From NCBI GenBank assembly GCA_963845565.1, contig CAWJSJ010000002.1, positions 1,120,001 to 1,184,000 of the forward strand: DNA of 64,000 nucleotides. The letters are read 5' to 3'. Position numbers and translations under genes: made by a program. This document shows, piece after piece, positions 43,946-55,162 of the stretch. Source of the DNA: an uncultured Methylomirabilota bacterium. Its GTDB lineage: Bacteria; Methylomirabilota; Methylomirabilia; Methylomirabilales; 2-02-FULL-66-22. Under the pieces are notes generated by a model. It was given only the letters and a program-made list of their open reading frames with translations, made no database searches and had not been told where the DNA came from. How positions within the stretch are numbered: the stretch's first letter is position 1; each line of letters starts with the position of its first letter.

Positions 43946-45262
43946 ATGGCGTCCGACAGCTTGACCATCACCGACAATCGTACGGGTAAAGTCTACGAGG
44001 TTCCCATTCGGTACGGAACGTTTCCCTTGTACGGCGCATCGATCCGAGGCGCGGACCTCAAGAACATCAAGGTGTCCGAAGAAGACTTTGGCCTGATGAG
44101 CTTCGATCCCGCCTTCCTCAATAGCGCGTCTTGCAAGAGTGCCATCACCTTCATCGATGGGGAGCGCGGCATCCTCCGTTACCGCGGGTACCCCATCGAG
44201 CAGCTCGCCGAACAGAGCAACTATATGGAGGTGGCGTACCTCTTGGCGCACGGCGACCTGCCGAACAAGGCGGAGTACGACCTGTGGACGCGGGAGATCT
44301 CCGACCACACCATGGTCCACGAGAATCTCAAGCGGGTCTTCGACGGCTTCCATTACGACGCCCACCCGATGCCGATGCTGATCAGCACACTGGCGGCTCT
44401 CTCCACCTTCTATCCGGCCTCCCGGCACGTGGAGGACCCCGCGATTCGGGAGCACCAGATCTACCGGCTCATCGGGAAGGTGGGCACGCTTGCGGCGATG
44501 GCGTACCGGCACACCAAGGGCTTGCCCTACGTCATGCCCGACAACGATCTGAGTTACGTGGGCAACTTCATGAACATGCTCTGGCGGATGTCGGAATGCC
44601 GGTACACCCCGAATCCCACGCTGGAGAAGGCGCTGGACGTGTTGTTCATTCTGCACGCCGACCACGAGCAGAACTGCAGCACGAACACCATGCGGATCGT
44701 CGCCAGCGCCGAATCCGACCCCTACTGTGCTGCCGCCTCGGCGGCGGCGGCGCTCTACGGTCCGCTCCACGGCGGGGCCAACGAGGCGGTCCTCACGATG
44801 CTCCGGCAGATCGGATCGAAGGACAAGGTGCCGCAGTTCATCAAGGACGTGAAAGAACGCAAGGCGCTCCTGATGGGTTTCGGCCACCGGGTGTACAAGA
44901 ATTACGATCCGCGGGCGAAGGTCATCAAGCGATTGGCCGATGAGGTGTTCGAGGTGACCGGGAAGAACCCGCTCATCGAGCTGGCCGTCGAACTGGAGCG
45001 GATCGCGCTCCAGGACGACTTTTTCGTCTCCCGGAAGCTGTTCCCGAACGTGGACTTCTACTCTGGGATCATCTACGAGGCCATGGGCATGCCGAGCGAA
45101 TACTTCACGGTCGTCTTCGCCGTGCCCCGCATGGCCGGCTGGTTGGCGCAGTGGCAAGAGATGATCCTGGATACGGAGCAGAAGATCGCGCGCCCGCGGC
45201 AGGTGTACACCGGCGTGGCGATCCGCGACTACGAGCCGATCGAGAAGCGCGCGATGAAATAG
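43946..45262 (+). CDS. gltA: Citrate synthase
   Basis: GILRYRGYPIEQL, LHADHEQNCST, GPLHGGANE, MGFGHRVYKNYDPR, PNVDFYSG. Confidence 0.96.
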   Translation: MASDSLTITDNRTGKVYEVPIRYGTFPLYGASIRGADLKNIKVSEEDFGLMSFDPAFLNSASCKSAITFIDGERGILRYRGYPIEQLAEQSNYMEVAYLLAHGDLPNKAEYDLWTREISDHTMVHENLKRVFDGFHYDAHPMPMLISTLAALSTFYPASRHVEDPAIREHQIYRLIGKVGTLAAMAYRHTKGLPYVMPDNDLSYVGNFMNMLWRMSECRYTPNPTLEKALDVLFILHADHEQNCSTNTMRIVASAESDPYCAAASAAAALYGPLHGGANEAVLTMLRQIGSKDKVPQFIKDVKERKALLMGFGHRVYKNYDPRAKVIKRLADEVFEVTGKNPLIELAVELERIALQDDFFVSRKLFPNVDFYSGIIYEAMGMPSEYFTVVFAVPRMAGWLAQWQEMILDTEQKIARPRQVYTGVAIRDYEPIEKRAMK

Positions 45263-45446
45263 GCCGCCTCGTCCGCTCGAACGGTCTGCCGGCCGGGGTG
45301 CGCGCACCGCATCCCGGCCGTTCCCTTCTCTCGTCCGAATGCCCCCGGCGCGCCATCGCGTGCTCGCGTCGGGCATCTTCGGAGGTGCCCCGCCCTCGTC
45401 GTCTGTTCGGGCGGGGGATTACGGCACGGTTTCGGGGAGACCACCG

Positions 45447-45956
45447 ATGTCCACCGATCGCGTTTGCGCGCACCTCCTCGCGGATGACGGCACGATTCCC
45501 AATAGTCGATTGCCGCTGCTCATCTACCCGGGGGCATTTCTCCTGCCCGATCCCGACGTTCCCGGCGCCATCGAGGCGAGGCTGCGGCGGAACGGCTGGC
45601 AGGGCGGTTGGCGCAATGGGATCTATCCGCACCACCACTATCACAGCACCGCCCACGAGGTCCTGGCGGTCTACGGCGGTTCGGCGCGAGTGCAATTCGG
45701 CGGGGAGAGCGGGATCATCGCGGAGGTGCGGTCGGGGGACGCGGTTGTCATCCCGGCCGGCGTCGGCCACAAGAATCTTGGGGCGAGTGCGGGTTTTCGT
45801 GTCGTCGGCGCATACCCCCGGGGTCAGACCTGGGACATGTGCTACGGATCGCCCGGAGAGCGACCGCGAGCCGACGAGAACATCGCGCGCGTCCCCCTGC
45901 CGATCGCCGATCCCGTCTTCGGGGGAGACGGACCGCTGTCTGAGCATTGGCGCTGA
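45447..45956 (+). CDS. Cupin protein (YjlB-like)
   Basis: IPNSRLPLLIY, WRNGIYPHHHYHSTAHEVL, IPAGVGH, VVGAYP, DPVFG. Confidence 0.85.
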   Translation: MSTDRVCAHLLADDGTIPNSRLPLLIYPGAFLLPDPDVPGAIEARLRRNGWQGGWRNGIYPHHHYHSTAHEVLAVYGGSARVQFGGESGIIAEVRSGDAVVIPAGVGHKNLGASAGFRVVGAYPRGQTWDMCYGSPGERPRADENIARVPLPIADPVFGGDGPLSEHWR

Positions 45957-46071
45957 GCGACGTTCCCGACCGGTTCTGTCGCCGTGGCACCGCCGCACGA
46001 CGGCACGCTGGTGGGGCCGCTCACGAAGGGAGAACGCGGAGCGTGGCATCCGCGGCGTCGATTGAGGAGGG

Positions 46072-47944
46072 ATGGGAATGCACACGATCCGGTTGACCAT
46101 GGCCCAGGCGCTCATCCGTTTTCTCGACAACCAATACCTGGAGGTCGACGGGACGGACACCAAGTTCGTGCGAGGGGTGTTCGGGATCTTCGGCCACGGC
46201 AACGTGGTGGGGCTCGGCGAGGCGCTGATAGACAGCACGCATGGACTCACCTATTACCAGGGGCACAACGAGCAGGGCATGGCGCATGCGGCCATCGCCT
46301 ACGCCAAGCAGATGCGGCGTAGACAGATCTGCGCCGTGACCAGCTCGATCGGGCCGGGCGCGCTCAACATGGTCACGGCCGCGGGAACCGCCACGGTGAA
46401 TCGTATCCCGGTGCTGTTTCTCCCCGGAGACACTTTCGCGTGCCGACAGCCCGACCCGGTCCTCCAGCAGGTGGAACAGTTCTCCGACCCGAACGTGACG
46501 GCCAACGACGCGTTCAAAGCGGTCAGCCGATACTGGGATCGGATCACGCGGCCGGAGCAACTGATGAGCGCCTGCCTCAACGCCATGCGCGTGCTGACCG
46601 ATCCGGCGGAGACCGGCGCGGTCACCTTGGCGCTTCCGCAGGATGTTCAGGCGGAATCGTACGACTATCCCGAGGAATTCCTGCGGAGGCGCGTCCATCA
46701 TCTCGTGCGTCACGCCCCGGCGGCCGACGAGGTGGGGCGGGCGGTCGCGCGCATCGCCTCCAGCCGGAAGCCACTGGTGATCTGCGGCGGCGGCGTTCGC
46801 TATTCGGGCGCGGAGCGCGTGCTGGAGAGCTTCTGCGCGCAGTTCAACATTCCGTTCGGCGAGACCCAGGCGGGGAAGGGGGTGCTGTCCTGGGACAACC
46901 CGTTCAACCTGGGCGGGATCGGGGTGACGGGCACGCTGGCGGCGAACACCATCGCCCGCGACGCCGATCTCGTCATCGGGGTCGGGACGCGGCTCGGCGA
47001 TTTTACCACGGCCTCCAAGTGGCTTTTTCAGAACCCGAAGGTGCAATTCCTGACGATCAACGTCAACAGCTTCGACGCCCATAAGATGGGTGCCCTGCCC
47101 ATGATCGCCGATGCGAAGATGGCCCTCTCTGCCCTGACCAGGGCGCTGGCGAAGGTGCCCTATCGCGCCGCCTACACCAGGCAGATCCGGGACGCCCGGA
47201 AACGGTGGGCGGCGGAGGTGGATCGGCTCTACGCCGCGGACGATCCCGTGGGGTTGTCGCAGACGCGGTGCCTCGGAGCGTTGAACGAAACACTCCTCCC
47301 CAAGGACGCCATCGTCATCGGGGCTTCGGGCAGCCTGCCCGGCGATCTCCAGCGAGTCTGGCGGCCCCGGGCGGCGGACGCGTACCACATGGAGTACGGG
47401 TTTTCCTGCATGGGGTACGAGATCGCCGCCGCCCTGGGCGCCAAGATGGCGAACCCGGACCGCGAGGTGTTTGCCCTGGTGGGGGACGGCAGCTACGTGA
47501 TGCTCCATTCGGAGATCATCACCAGCATCATGGAGGGGCTGAAGATCAACGTCCTGGTGTTCGACAACCATGGCTTCCAGTGCATCGACAATCTGCAGGT
47601 GAGCCAGGGCATCAGCAAGTACGGCAACGAGTGGCGGCGCCGTGACCGCAAGACGGGGCTGCTGACCGGGGACGTTATTCCGATTGACTTCGCGCGGAAC
47701 GGGGAAAGCTACGGCGCCAGGGGCTTCACCGTGCGCACGATCGCAGCAGCTGCGCGACGCGGTGCGGCAGGCGCTGCGGGAGACCCGCTCGACGGTCATC
47801 GACATCAAGGTGACGCCGAAATCCATGACCCACGGCTACGAGTCGTGGTGGCGGGTGGGCACCCCCGAGGTGTCGGAAAACCGGAAGGTGGTGGCGGCAA
47901 GTCGGCGGCAGAAAGCCGAAGTCGCCAAGGCCAAGAAGATCTGA
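46072..47944 (+). CDS. iolD: 3D-(3,5/4)-trihydroxycyclohexane-1,2-dione acylhydrolase (frameshift near 47742)
   Basis: [42 protein letters not shown]-terminus [14 protein letters not shown] is in another frame. Confidence 0.92.
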
Positions 47945-47995
47945 CGGCATCGGGTGTCGCTGCGGAGCCATCTCGGCGAGCGCGTGGGTCCCTGG

Positions 47996-49321
47996 CTACG
48001 GGGCGACAGGCTGCTCGCCTGGGGCCGGGTGACCGGCAGGACCCTTGCGGTCTCGGAGGCGGTGGACGAGGTCCGAGATGGTCACCGCGCGGTATCCTTG
48101 TTCCTGCAGGGTCCGCAGGATCTCCGGCAGGATTTCGTGCGGCCGGTCCGTGCGCCGATGAGAGGCCAGGTGCATCAGCACGATCCCGCCGTTCAGTCCC
48201 TCCGGTCGCCCCCGCCCGAAGGCCACGAGACGGGCGGCGATCTCGTCCCGGCTGCGGTAGATCCGGGAGGAGCGGTCGGCGACCCAGTCCCGCGTGTCGA
48301 GATCCTCGGCCGTCCCGGCCCCGCGGGTCCAGGAGATGTGGCGGTAGCCGACCGCCGCGGCCCAGCCGCGGATCTCCGGATTATGCTCGCCGAACGGCGC
48401 GCGCCAGAAGGGGGCCATGGGCTGTCCGGTCAGGGCGTGGAAGCTCTCCTCCGTGCGCCTTAGTTGGCCGACGAGAAACTCCCGCGTCACGGCTGGTAGT
48501 GTCTGCTGGCGGCGGTCCCGCTCGTACGTGGTCAGGTGGGGATGCGTATCCAGGTGGTTCCCCACCTCGTGGCCCTCGGCGACCATGCGGCGGACGAGAT
48601 CCGGATGCAGGCGGATGAATTGCCCGGTCAGGAACATCGTTGCGTGGGCGTTCCGGGCCCGCAGGCCGTCCAGGATCTCCCCGGCAACGTTGGCGTCGGC
48701 GCCGCCGTCGAAGGTAAAGGCGACCTCGCGTGCCGTCAGGTCGCCGCGCGTGATGTCCTCGGCCATCGCGCCCGCCGCGTCGCGCGACCGGGCCGGCGCG
48801 TGCCGTCCCGGTGCTGCCGCCGGTCGCTCGGGTTCCACGGATGCGGCGAGGGGCAGTGGGGTGTCGGCCGCGGTCTGGGCCGGCCGAAGCGCGTTCGCCG
48901 CCACGGGCGCCATGACCCGGGTTTCGGGGGCCGGCCCGCCCGTGACGCCGCAGGCCGCCAGCGCCAAAAGCAGCGCCGTGGTCCCTTGCGGCGACGGAAG
49001 CCAGAACCAAGGCAGGCTCCTCGCGTCTGGCCCGGCGTCCAGGCGGCGGTCCAGGCGGCGTTGCGCCCTCGCGGCGCGCCAGGCGATCCAGGCCAGTCGC
49101 AGTCGGCCCGGCAGGTCGCGGGATCGCCGGCCCATCTCGAGCTTGGCCCGTTCCCAGGCGGCGCGGGCGGCGGCATCGGACAGCCACAGCGTGGCGCACA
49201 TCTCGCCGCAGAAGGTCCGCGATCCAACAAAGCGAACGGTGCGCCACCGAATGGGTTCATGGCAGCGCTGACAAGATCGACCGTGGTCGAGCCCTGTCAT
49301 CGCATGATTCCGTACAGGCAC
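47996..49321 (-). CDS. Polysaccharide deacetylase (NodB) with N-terminal Cys motif and membrane anchor; start uncertain
   Basis: [41 protein letters not shown]. Confidence 0.85.
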   Translation of the reverse strand: MPVRNHAMTGLDHGRSCQRCHEPIRWRTVRFVGSRTFCGEMCATLWLSDAAARAAWERAKLEMGRRSRDLPGRLRLAWIAWRAARAQRRLDRRLDAGPDARSLPWFWLPSPQGTTALLLALAACGVTGGPAPETRVMAPVAANALRPAQTAADTPLPLAASVEPERPAAAPGRHAPARSRDAAGAMAEDITRGDLTAREVAFTFDGGADANVAGEILDGLRARNAHATMFLTGQFIRLHPDLVRRMVAEGHEVGNHLDTHPHLTTYERDRRQQTLPAVTREFLVGQLRRTEESFHALTGQPMAPFWRAPFGEHNPEIRGWAAAVGYRHISWTRGAGTAEDLDTRDWVADRSSRIYRSRDEIAARLVAFGRGRPEGLNGGIVLMHLASHRRTDRPHEILPEILRTLQEQGYRAVTISDLVHRLRDRKGPAGHPAPGEQPVAP

Positions 49322-49647
49322 ATGTGCCCTCTCCGCTTTCGAAGCATTGCCATAGAAGGGTTAACAGCTTCCTGGAAAAGAGTCAAGCAAGGAGAGAGCG
49401 ACCGCTCGGCGCAGCGACGACGGTCACGGCAACACCCCAAGCATCCAAGGCAATCCGGGGAGGCGGGACGCTCCTGGGGCGCAGCGCCGCACCGGTGTGA
49501 CGGGCGCATTTCTCCTCGGTTGAGGCCTCGCGGCGCCGTGAATTCCGTTGCAAAGGCCCGGAAAAGCCGTTACGCTTACTCGTTACGCCGTGCCAAGAGC
49601 CACTGGGGCGAATTTCGGGCCTTCGCGAGGGGATCGGCAACCCGGAT

Positions 49648-50310
49648 ATGATCCAGTTTTTCCATGTTTACAAGACGTTTGCCAGGGACGTCGAAGCTCT
49701 CGTTGACATCAACCTGGAGATCGAGAAAGGTGAGTTCGTCTTTTTGGTCGGTCCCAGCGGGGCGGGAAAGACCACGCTGCTTCGATTGCTCTTTCACGAC
49801 GAACTGCCGACCTCGGGGCAGATCCTGGTCAACGGTCGCAATGTCGGTAAACTCCCGAGGCGGGCGCTCCCCGGCTTGCGACGCAGCATCGGCGTGATCT
49901 TTCAGGACTTCAAGCTCCTGCGGGACCGTTCCATCGCGGACAACCTGGCCGTGGTCTACCGAGTCCACGGCATCCCCCCGGCCGCCGGAAGGCGCAAGGT
50001 GGCCAACGCGCTGAAGATGGTCGGCCTGAGCCACAAAGCTCAGATGATGCCGTACCGGCTGTCGGGCGGTGAGCAGCAGCGTGTCGCCATTGCGCGAGCG
50101 TTGATGAGCGATCCCCTGCTGCTCTTGGCAGACGAGCCCACCGGCGACCTGGATTCGGAGTTGGCACTGGACGTCTTGCGGCTCCTGAGCGAGATCAATA
50201 CCAAGGGGACGACCATCATCGTCGCCACGCACGATTCGAATCTGGTGCGCGATCTGGGCCGCCGGACCATACTGCTCAAGGGGGGCCGCATCGTCGAGGA
50301 CCACCCGTAA
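49648..50310 (+). CDS. ftsE: Cell division ATP-binding protein
   Basis: GPSGAGKTT, IGVIFQDFKLL, LSGGEQQRVAIARA. Confidence 0.93.
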   Translation: MIQFFHVYKTFARDVEALVDINLEIEKGEFVFLVGPSGAGKTTLLRLLFHDELPTSGQILVNGRNVGKLPRRALPGLRRSIGVIFQDFKLLRDRSIADNLAVVYRVHGIPPAAGRRKVANALKMVGLSHKAQMMPYRLSGGEQQRVAIARALMSDPLLLLADEPTGDLDSELALDVLRLLSEINTKGTTIIVATHDSNLVRDLGRRTILLKGGRIVEDHP

Positions 50311-50360
50311 ACCCTCGGACCCTGCGACCAAGCGGCGCCGGGTCGGATTGTCGGAGCAGT

Positions 50361-51254
50361 ATGGATCGTCTCCGCTATATCTTCGAAGACGCCCTGATCA
50401 ACATCCGGCGCAGCGGATGGGGAGGGTTGGCGTCCATCGGCACGATGGCGGTGTCGTTCGTCATCGTGGGGATCTTCCTGATCATCACCGGCAATCTGGG
50501 GGCCCTGGTCGCCGAATGGAAAGAGCAGTTTCAGGTCACGGTCTTTCTGGAGGACGGGATCACAGGGGAGCAGCTTGCCCTCGTCAGGAAGCGGATCCAG
50601 AACGAGCGGGCGGTGAAAGGCATGACCTACACCTCCAAGGCGGAGGCGCTCCAGCAATTCAAGCGCGAACTTCAGGGGAAGGATTCGCTGCTGGAGGGGT
50701 TGGGCGAGAACCCCATCCCGGCCTCGCTGCAGCTCCGCGTGCACGAGGCGTATCAGACGCCGGAGGCCCTCAAGCAGCTCACCGCCTCACTCGGCCGAGT
50801 GGAGGGCGTGGAAGATGTCATGTACGGGCAGGAATGGGTGGACCGCCTCAGCGCCGTCATTCGGTTGTTACGCCTGCTGGGGTTGGGGGTGGGGCTGGCC
50901 TTGGGGCTGGCCTCGCTCCTCATCGTGAGCAATACGATCCGTCTGGCGGTCTACGCCCGCGCCGAAGAGATCGAGGTCATGCGCCTGGTGGGGGCGAGCC
51001 GGCTGCACGTCCGGGCGCCGTTTTTGTTGGAAGGGATGATTCAGGGCACGCTGAGCGCCGGACTCGCCCTCCTCTTGCTGTACGGGGCCTACCGTGCGAC
51101 GCTCTGGCAGCTCCAGGTGACCCCCGGGCAGGTCTTCGGCATGGGGGTCGGGAGTTTCTTGGAATTACGCTGGGCCGTCCTGATGGTCGTGTCGGGCGCC
51201 GGTGTCGGCGCCTTCGGCAGCTTGATCTCGGTGGGGCGGTTCCTTCGCGCGTGA
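50361..51254 (+). CDS. ftsX: Cell division permease
   Basis: ENPIPAS, IVSNTIRLAVYARAEEIEVMRLVGA, PFLLEG. Confidence 0.93.
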   Translation: MDRLRYIFEDALINIRRSGWGGLASIGTMAVSFVIVGIFLIITGNLGALVAEWKEQFQVTVFLEDGITGEQLALVRKRIQNERAVKGMTYTSKAEALQQFKRELQGKDSLLEGLGENPIPASLQLRVHEAYQTPEALKQLTASLGRVEGVEDVMYGQEWVDRLSAVIRLLRLLGLGVGLALGLASLLIVSNTIRLAVYARAEEIEVMRLVGASRLHVRAPFLLEGMIQGTLSAGLALLLLYGAYRATLWQLQVTPGQVFGMGVGSFLELRWAVLMVVSGAGVGAFGSLISVGRFLRA

Positions 51255-52553
51255 GTGGGGACGCGGATGCGTTTTCCTGACAACGGCGAGGGAGTGGTCG
51301 GGGCAGTGGCGCGACGCGTCGGGCGCCTGGTCGCCTGTGCCGTGATGCTCTGGCTGGCGGCCGGTGTCGCCCTCGCCGGCAGCTCCGAGGGGAAAGCGCC
51401 GCGGTCCCAGGAGAACCGGGATCGCCTCAAGGAGGTCCAGCGCGAGCTCGGCCGCGAGCGGGAGAAGGCCAAGGAGGCCGGCCGCAAGGAGGCCTCTCTC
51501 TCGCGCGAGTTGGGGACGCTGGAGAACGACCTCAAGACCAAGACCAAGCTGCTCCGGGACTTGGAAAACAAGCTCCGCGGTAGCTCGCAGCGGATCACCA
51601 AGCTTTCGCGGGACATCAGCGTGACCGAGGGGCGGCTCCAGCGGAGCCGGAACCTGCTTCGCCGCCGCCTGCGGGCCATGTACAAGCAGGGCCGCCTGGG
51701 CTATGTGCGGATGCTTCTTTCGGCGGAGGACTTCGCCAGCGTGGGGCGCCGACTCAAGTACCTGTCGGCCCTGGCCGCGCAGGACCAGCGCCTGATGCAG
51801 ACCTACAGCGCAAGCCTGGCGGACCTGTCTCAGAAGCGGACGGAGCTCGAACAGTACAAAAAAGAAGTCGCCGAGGCGTCCGAGAAGGCCGCGGTGACCC
51901 GCGGCCAGATCGTGGAGGAACAGCGGAAATACCGCGTGCTCCTGGTGAAGGTGCGGGAAGACAAGGCGGGACACCTGGCTGCCGTCAAGGAGCTGGAGCG
52001 GTCGGCCAAGGACCTGCAGGGGCTCATCGCCCGGCTCCAGAGCGAGGAGGAGCGGCAGCGGCGCGCCAGCCGCGCCGCCCCCAAGCGCGAGCCCTCGCGA
52101 GGGGAGTCCGGGAAAGAGGAGGCCCTTGACATCCGGGACGACGGCCGCTTCGAGCGGCTGCGGGGGAAGTTGCCCTGGCCGGCCAAGGGGACCCTGGCCT
52201 CCGGCTTTGGCCGGCAGGAGCACCCCCGGTTCCACACGGTGACGTTCAACCGCGGGATCGAGATCACCGCGCCCCAGGGGCGGGACATCGTGGCGGTGGC
52301 CGAGGGGACCGCCATCTTCGCCGACTCGTTCAAGGGGTACGGGCGACTGGTCATCCTGGATCACGGGGGCGGCTACTTCACGCTCTACGCGCACTGCGCG
52401 GACATGCTGGTCAAGGCCGGCGACGCCGTCGCCGGCGGGCAGGTCATCGCCAAGGTGGGGGACAGCGGATCGCTGGACGGGCCGCAACTGTATTTCGAGT
52501 TGCGCCACAAAGGGAAACCCCAGGACCCGTTGGTGTGGTTGCAATCCCGCTAG
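51255..52553 (+). CDS. envC: Murein hydrolase activator EnvC (coiled coil + M23); start uncertain
   Basis: Long coiled coil; GKLPWP, GIEI, GYGRLVILDHG, LYAH, LYFELR. Confidence 0.9.
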   Translation: MGTRMRFPDNGEGVVGAVARRVGRLVACAVMLWLAAGVALAGSSEGKAPRSQENRDRLKEVQRELGREREKAKEAGRKEASLSRELGTLENDLKTKTKLLRDLENKLRGSSQRITKLSRDISVTEGRLQRSRNLLRRRLRAMYKQGRLGYVRMLLSAEDFASVGRRLKYLSALAAQDQRLMQTYSASLADLSQKRTELEQYKKEVAEASEKAAVTRGQIVEEQRKYRVLLVKVREDKAGHLAAVKELERSAKDLQGLIARLQSEEERQRRASRAAPKREPSRGESGKEEALDIRDDGRFERLRGKLPWPAKGTLASGFGRQEHPRFHTVTFNRGIEITAPQGRDIVAVAEGTAIFADSFKGYGRLVILDHGGGYFTLYAHCADMLVKAGDAVAGGQVIAKVGDSGSLDGPQLYFELRHKGKPQDPLVWLQSR

Positions 52554-52660
52554 TCGGGCGGGAGCCCGGACCTCGCGCCGATCGGGCGTGGGACACCGGA
52601 CAGCGCCCGGGGTGAGCGATTCATCCCGCGGTCATCGCGTTCAGAACGGAGGGACGGTTC

Positions 52661-54004
52661 ATGCTTCCCGCGCGCAAGGACAGTTGGTGGAAAGGGTTCA
52701 TCGTCGCTGCCACGCTGGTGCTGCTGATTCTCACCGGAGGCGTGCAGCACGGGACCACGGCCATTGAGGATACCTACGAGAAGTTGAAGGTCTTCACCGA
52801 GATCCTCTCGCTGGTTCAGGCCAACTATGTGGATGACGTGAACTCCAAGGAGTTGATGTACGGGGCGGTCAAGGGGATGCTGGAGACGCTGGATCCCCAC
52901 AGCTCGTTCATGCCGCCCGAGGCGTTCAGGGAGATGCAGATCGAAACCCAGGGCACCTTCGGCGGGCTGGGGATCGAGATCACCGTGAAGGATCGCCTGC
53001 TCACCGTGGTCGCGCCGATCGAGGGAACCCCTGCCGACAAGGCCGGGCTCCAACCGGGCGACCGGATCGTCAAGATCGAGGGGCAAATCACCAAGGACCT
53101 GACCCTGATGGATGCAGTGCGGCGTTTGCGTGGGCCCAAGGGATCGAAAGTGACGATCAGCATCCTGCGCGAGGGGCGGCCGGAGCCCTTCGATGTCACC
53201 CTGGTGCGGGAGGTGATCGAGGTTCATAGCGTCCGCCAGAAGGATCTCGGCGACGGTGTCTTTTATGTCCGCATCGCATCCTTCCAGGAGCGAACGACCA
53301 AGGATCTGGAGCGTGCCCTCGATCAGGCGAAGAAGAACGGCAGCACGGCCCTCATCTTGGATCTTCGGAACGACCCGGGCGGGCTGCTGAACCAGGCGGT
53401 GGCGGTGAGCGACATGTTCCTGGACAAGGGGCAACTCATCGTCTACACGCGGGGCCGGCTGAAGGATCAGGACCTTCGCTTCACCGCCGAGCACGCCGCC
53501 GGCTTCCCCAAGCTCCCGATGGTGGTGCTGGTGAACGGTGGGTCCGCCAGCGCCTCGGAGATCGTGGCAGGCGCCCTGCAAGACTGGAAGCGGGCCGTGA
53601 TTCTGGGGACCAAGACCTTCGGGAAAGGCTCGGTGCAGACGGTGATTCCCCTGTCCGACGGCTCGGGTCTGCGCCTGACGACGGCCAAGTACTTCACCCC
53701 CAAGGGGCGATCCATTCATGGTTCCGGGATCACCCCGGACATCGTGGTGGAGATCCCCAAGCCGGACCCCAAACCCCTCACCCCCGCGGAGCAGCAGGCA
53801 CGGGACCAGATCCTGCAAGGGAAGACGCCCCGCGAGCAGAAGATCGGCGACCAGGAGGGCGAGGGGATTGAGGTCGGGCGTCGGGACGTCGCGGACCCCC
53901 AGAAGGACATCCAGCTTCAGCGCGCCATCGAGATCCTGAAGGCGACGCGCATCCTGGAGAAGAACGGCGCCCCGGCCAAGATGGAGACGAAGGCAAGCAG
54001 TTGA
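52661..54004 (+). CDS. ctpA: Carboxyl-terminal processing protease (S41)
   Basis: LDPHS, PDZ FGGLGI, DLRNDPGG, SASASEIVAGA, TFGKGSVQ. Confidence 0.95.
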   Translation: MLPARKDSWWKGFIVAATLVLLILTGGVQHGTTAIEDTYEKLKVFTEILSLVQANYVDDVNSKELMYGAVKGMLETLDPHSSFMPPEAFREMQIETQGTFGGLGIEITVKDRLLTVVAPIEGTPADKAGLQPGDRIVKIEGQITKDLTLMDAVRRLRGPKGSKVTISILREGRPEPFDVTLVREVIEVHSVRQKDLGDGVFYVRIASFQERTTKDLERALDQAKKNGSTALILDLRNDPGGLLNQAVAVSDMFLDKGQLIVYTRGRLKDQDLRFTAEHAAGFPKLPMVVLVNGGSASASEIVAGALQDWKRAVILGTKTFGKGSVQTVIPLSDGSGLRLTTAKYFTPKGRSIHGSGITPDIVVEIPKPDPKPLTPAEQQARDQILQGKTPREQKIGDQEGEGIEVGRRDVADPQKDIQLQRAIEILKATRILEKNGAPAKMETKASS

Positions 54005-54012
54005 CCCGGATG

Positions 54013-54108
54013 GGGTTCGACGGTTCGACAGTGCGACGTTTCGGCGGAACGAGGACCCCACGGACCACAGGAACCACCGAACGATCGAACCGCCGAACCG
54101 CCGAACGG
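54013..54108. repeat. Intergenic octamer repeats in inverted arrangement
   Basis: GGTTCGAC x2 on the left; TCGAACCG/CCGAACCG x3 on the right. Confidence 0.6.
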
Positions 54109-54126
54109 TCTTTCGGTTGAACGGAT

Positions 54127-55155
54127 TTGATGGATCTGATTCTGGGTATCGAGACCTCGTGTGACGAGACGGCGGCCGCCATCCTGGAAGGGGGCAGCGT
54201 TCTGCGCAGCACGGTGGTGGCCTCGCAGGGTGAGGTCCACGCGCCGTACGGCGGGATTGTCCCCGAGTTGGCGTCCCGCCGACACATCGAGGTCATCACG
54301 CCGGTCATCGATCGCGCCCTGGCGGACGCCGGGGTGACGCTGGCCGATCTGACGGCGATCGCGGTGACGGCGGGCCCCGGGCTGGTCGGGTCGCTGCTGG
54401 TCGGCGTGTCCGTTGCCAAGGCGATCGCCTACTGTCGCAAACTTCCTCTGGTCGCCGTGAATCACCTGGAGGGGCACATCGCCGCGGCCCGTCTGGAATC
54501 CCCGACGTGCGGGTATCCCTTCGTCGCGCTGGTGGTTTCCGGTGGGCACACGCATCTGTATCACGTGTCCGCCGAATGCACCTATCGTCGGCTCGGGCGC
54601 ACGCGGGATGACGCTGCCGGCGAAGCCTTCGACAAGGTGGCGAAGGTGCTCGGCCTCGGTTATCCCGGCGGGCCCGTGATCGAGCGCGAGGCGAGGAGCG
54701 GAAACCCGACGGCAATCCCGTTCCCGCGGGCGGTCTGCAGCGACGGCAGCCTGGACTTCAGCTTCAGCGGCCTCAAGACGGCGGTGGTGCACCACCTGAA
54801 GGGCGACAGCCCGGCCGCGCGCCCGGCAGGACCGCTCGATCCCCAGGAGATCCGGGACATCTGCGCCAGCTTCCAGCAGGCGGCAGTGGACATGTTGGTC
54901 GAGCGGTTGATGCGGGCGGCGCGAGAAACCGGCGTCGGCCGCCTGGTGGTGGCCGGCGGCGTCGCATGCAACGGCGCGCTGCGTCGGGCCCTGAAAGGTG
55001 AAGCGGAGGCCGAGGGATTCGACCTGTTCGTCCCTTCACCGGGATTCTGCACCGACAACGCCGCCATGATCGCGGCCGCCGGCGCAGTCCGGCTCCGCCG
55101 CGGCGAGCGGGCCGGCTGGGACCTGAACGCGTCGGCGAGTTGGCCGCTTGCTTGA
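54127..55155 (+). CDS. tsaD: tRNA N6-adenosine threonylcarbamoyltransferase
   Basis: LGIETSCDET, GGIVPELASRRH, HLEGH, VSGGHT, DDAAGEAFDK, CTDNAAMIA. Confidence 0.96.
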   Translation: MMDLILGIETSCDETAAAILEGGSVLRSTVVASQGEVHAPYGGIVPELASRRHIEVITPVIDRALADAGVTLADLTAIAVTAGPGLVGSLLVGVSVAKAIAYCRKLPLVAVNHLEGHIAAARLESPTCGYPFVALVVSGGHTHLYHVSAECTYRRLGRTRDDAAGEAFDKVAKVLGLGYPGGPVIEREARSGNPTAIPFPRAVCSDGSLDFSFSGLKTAVVHHLKGDSPAARPAGPLDPQEIRDICASFQQAAVDMLVERLMRAARETGVGRLVVAGGVACNGALRRALKGEAEAEGFDLFVPSPGFCTDNAAMIAAAGAVRLRRGERAGWDLNASASWPLA

Positions 55156-55162
55156 GGACCGA

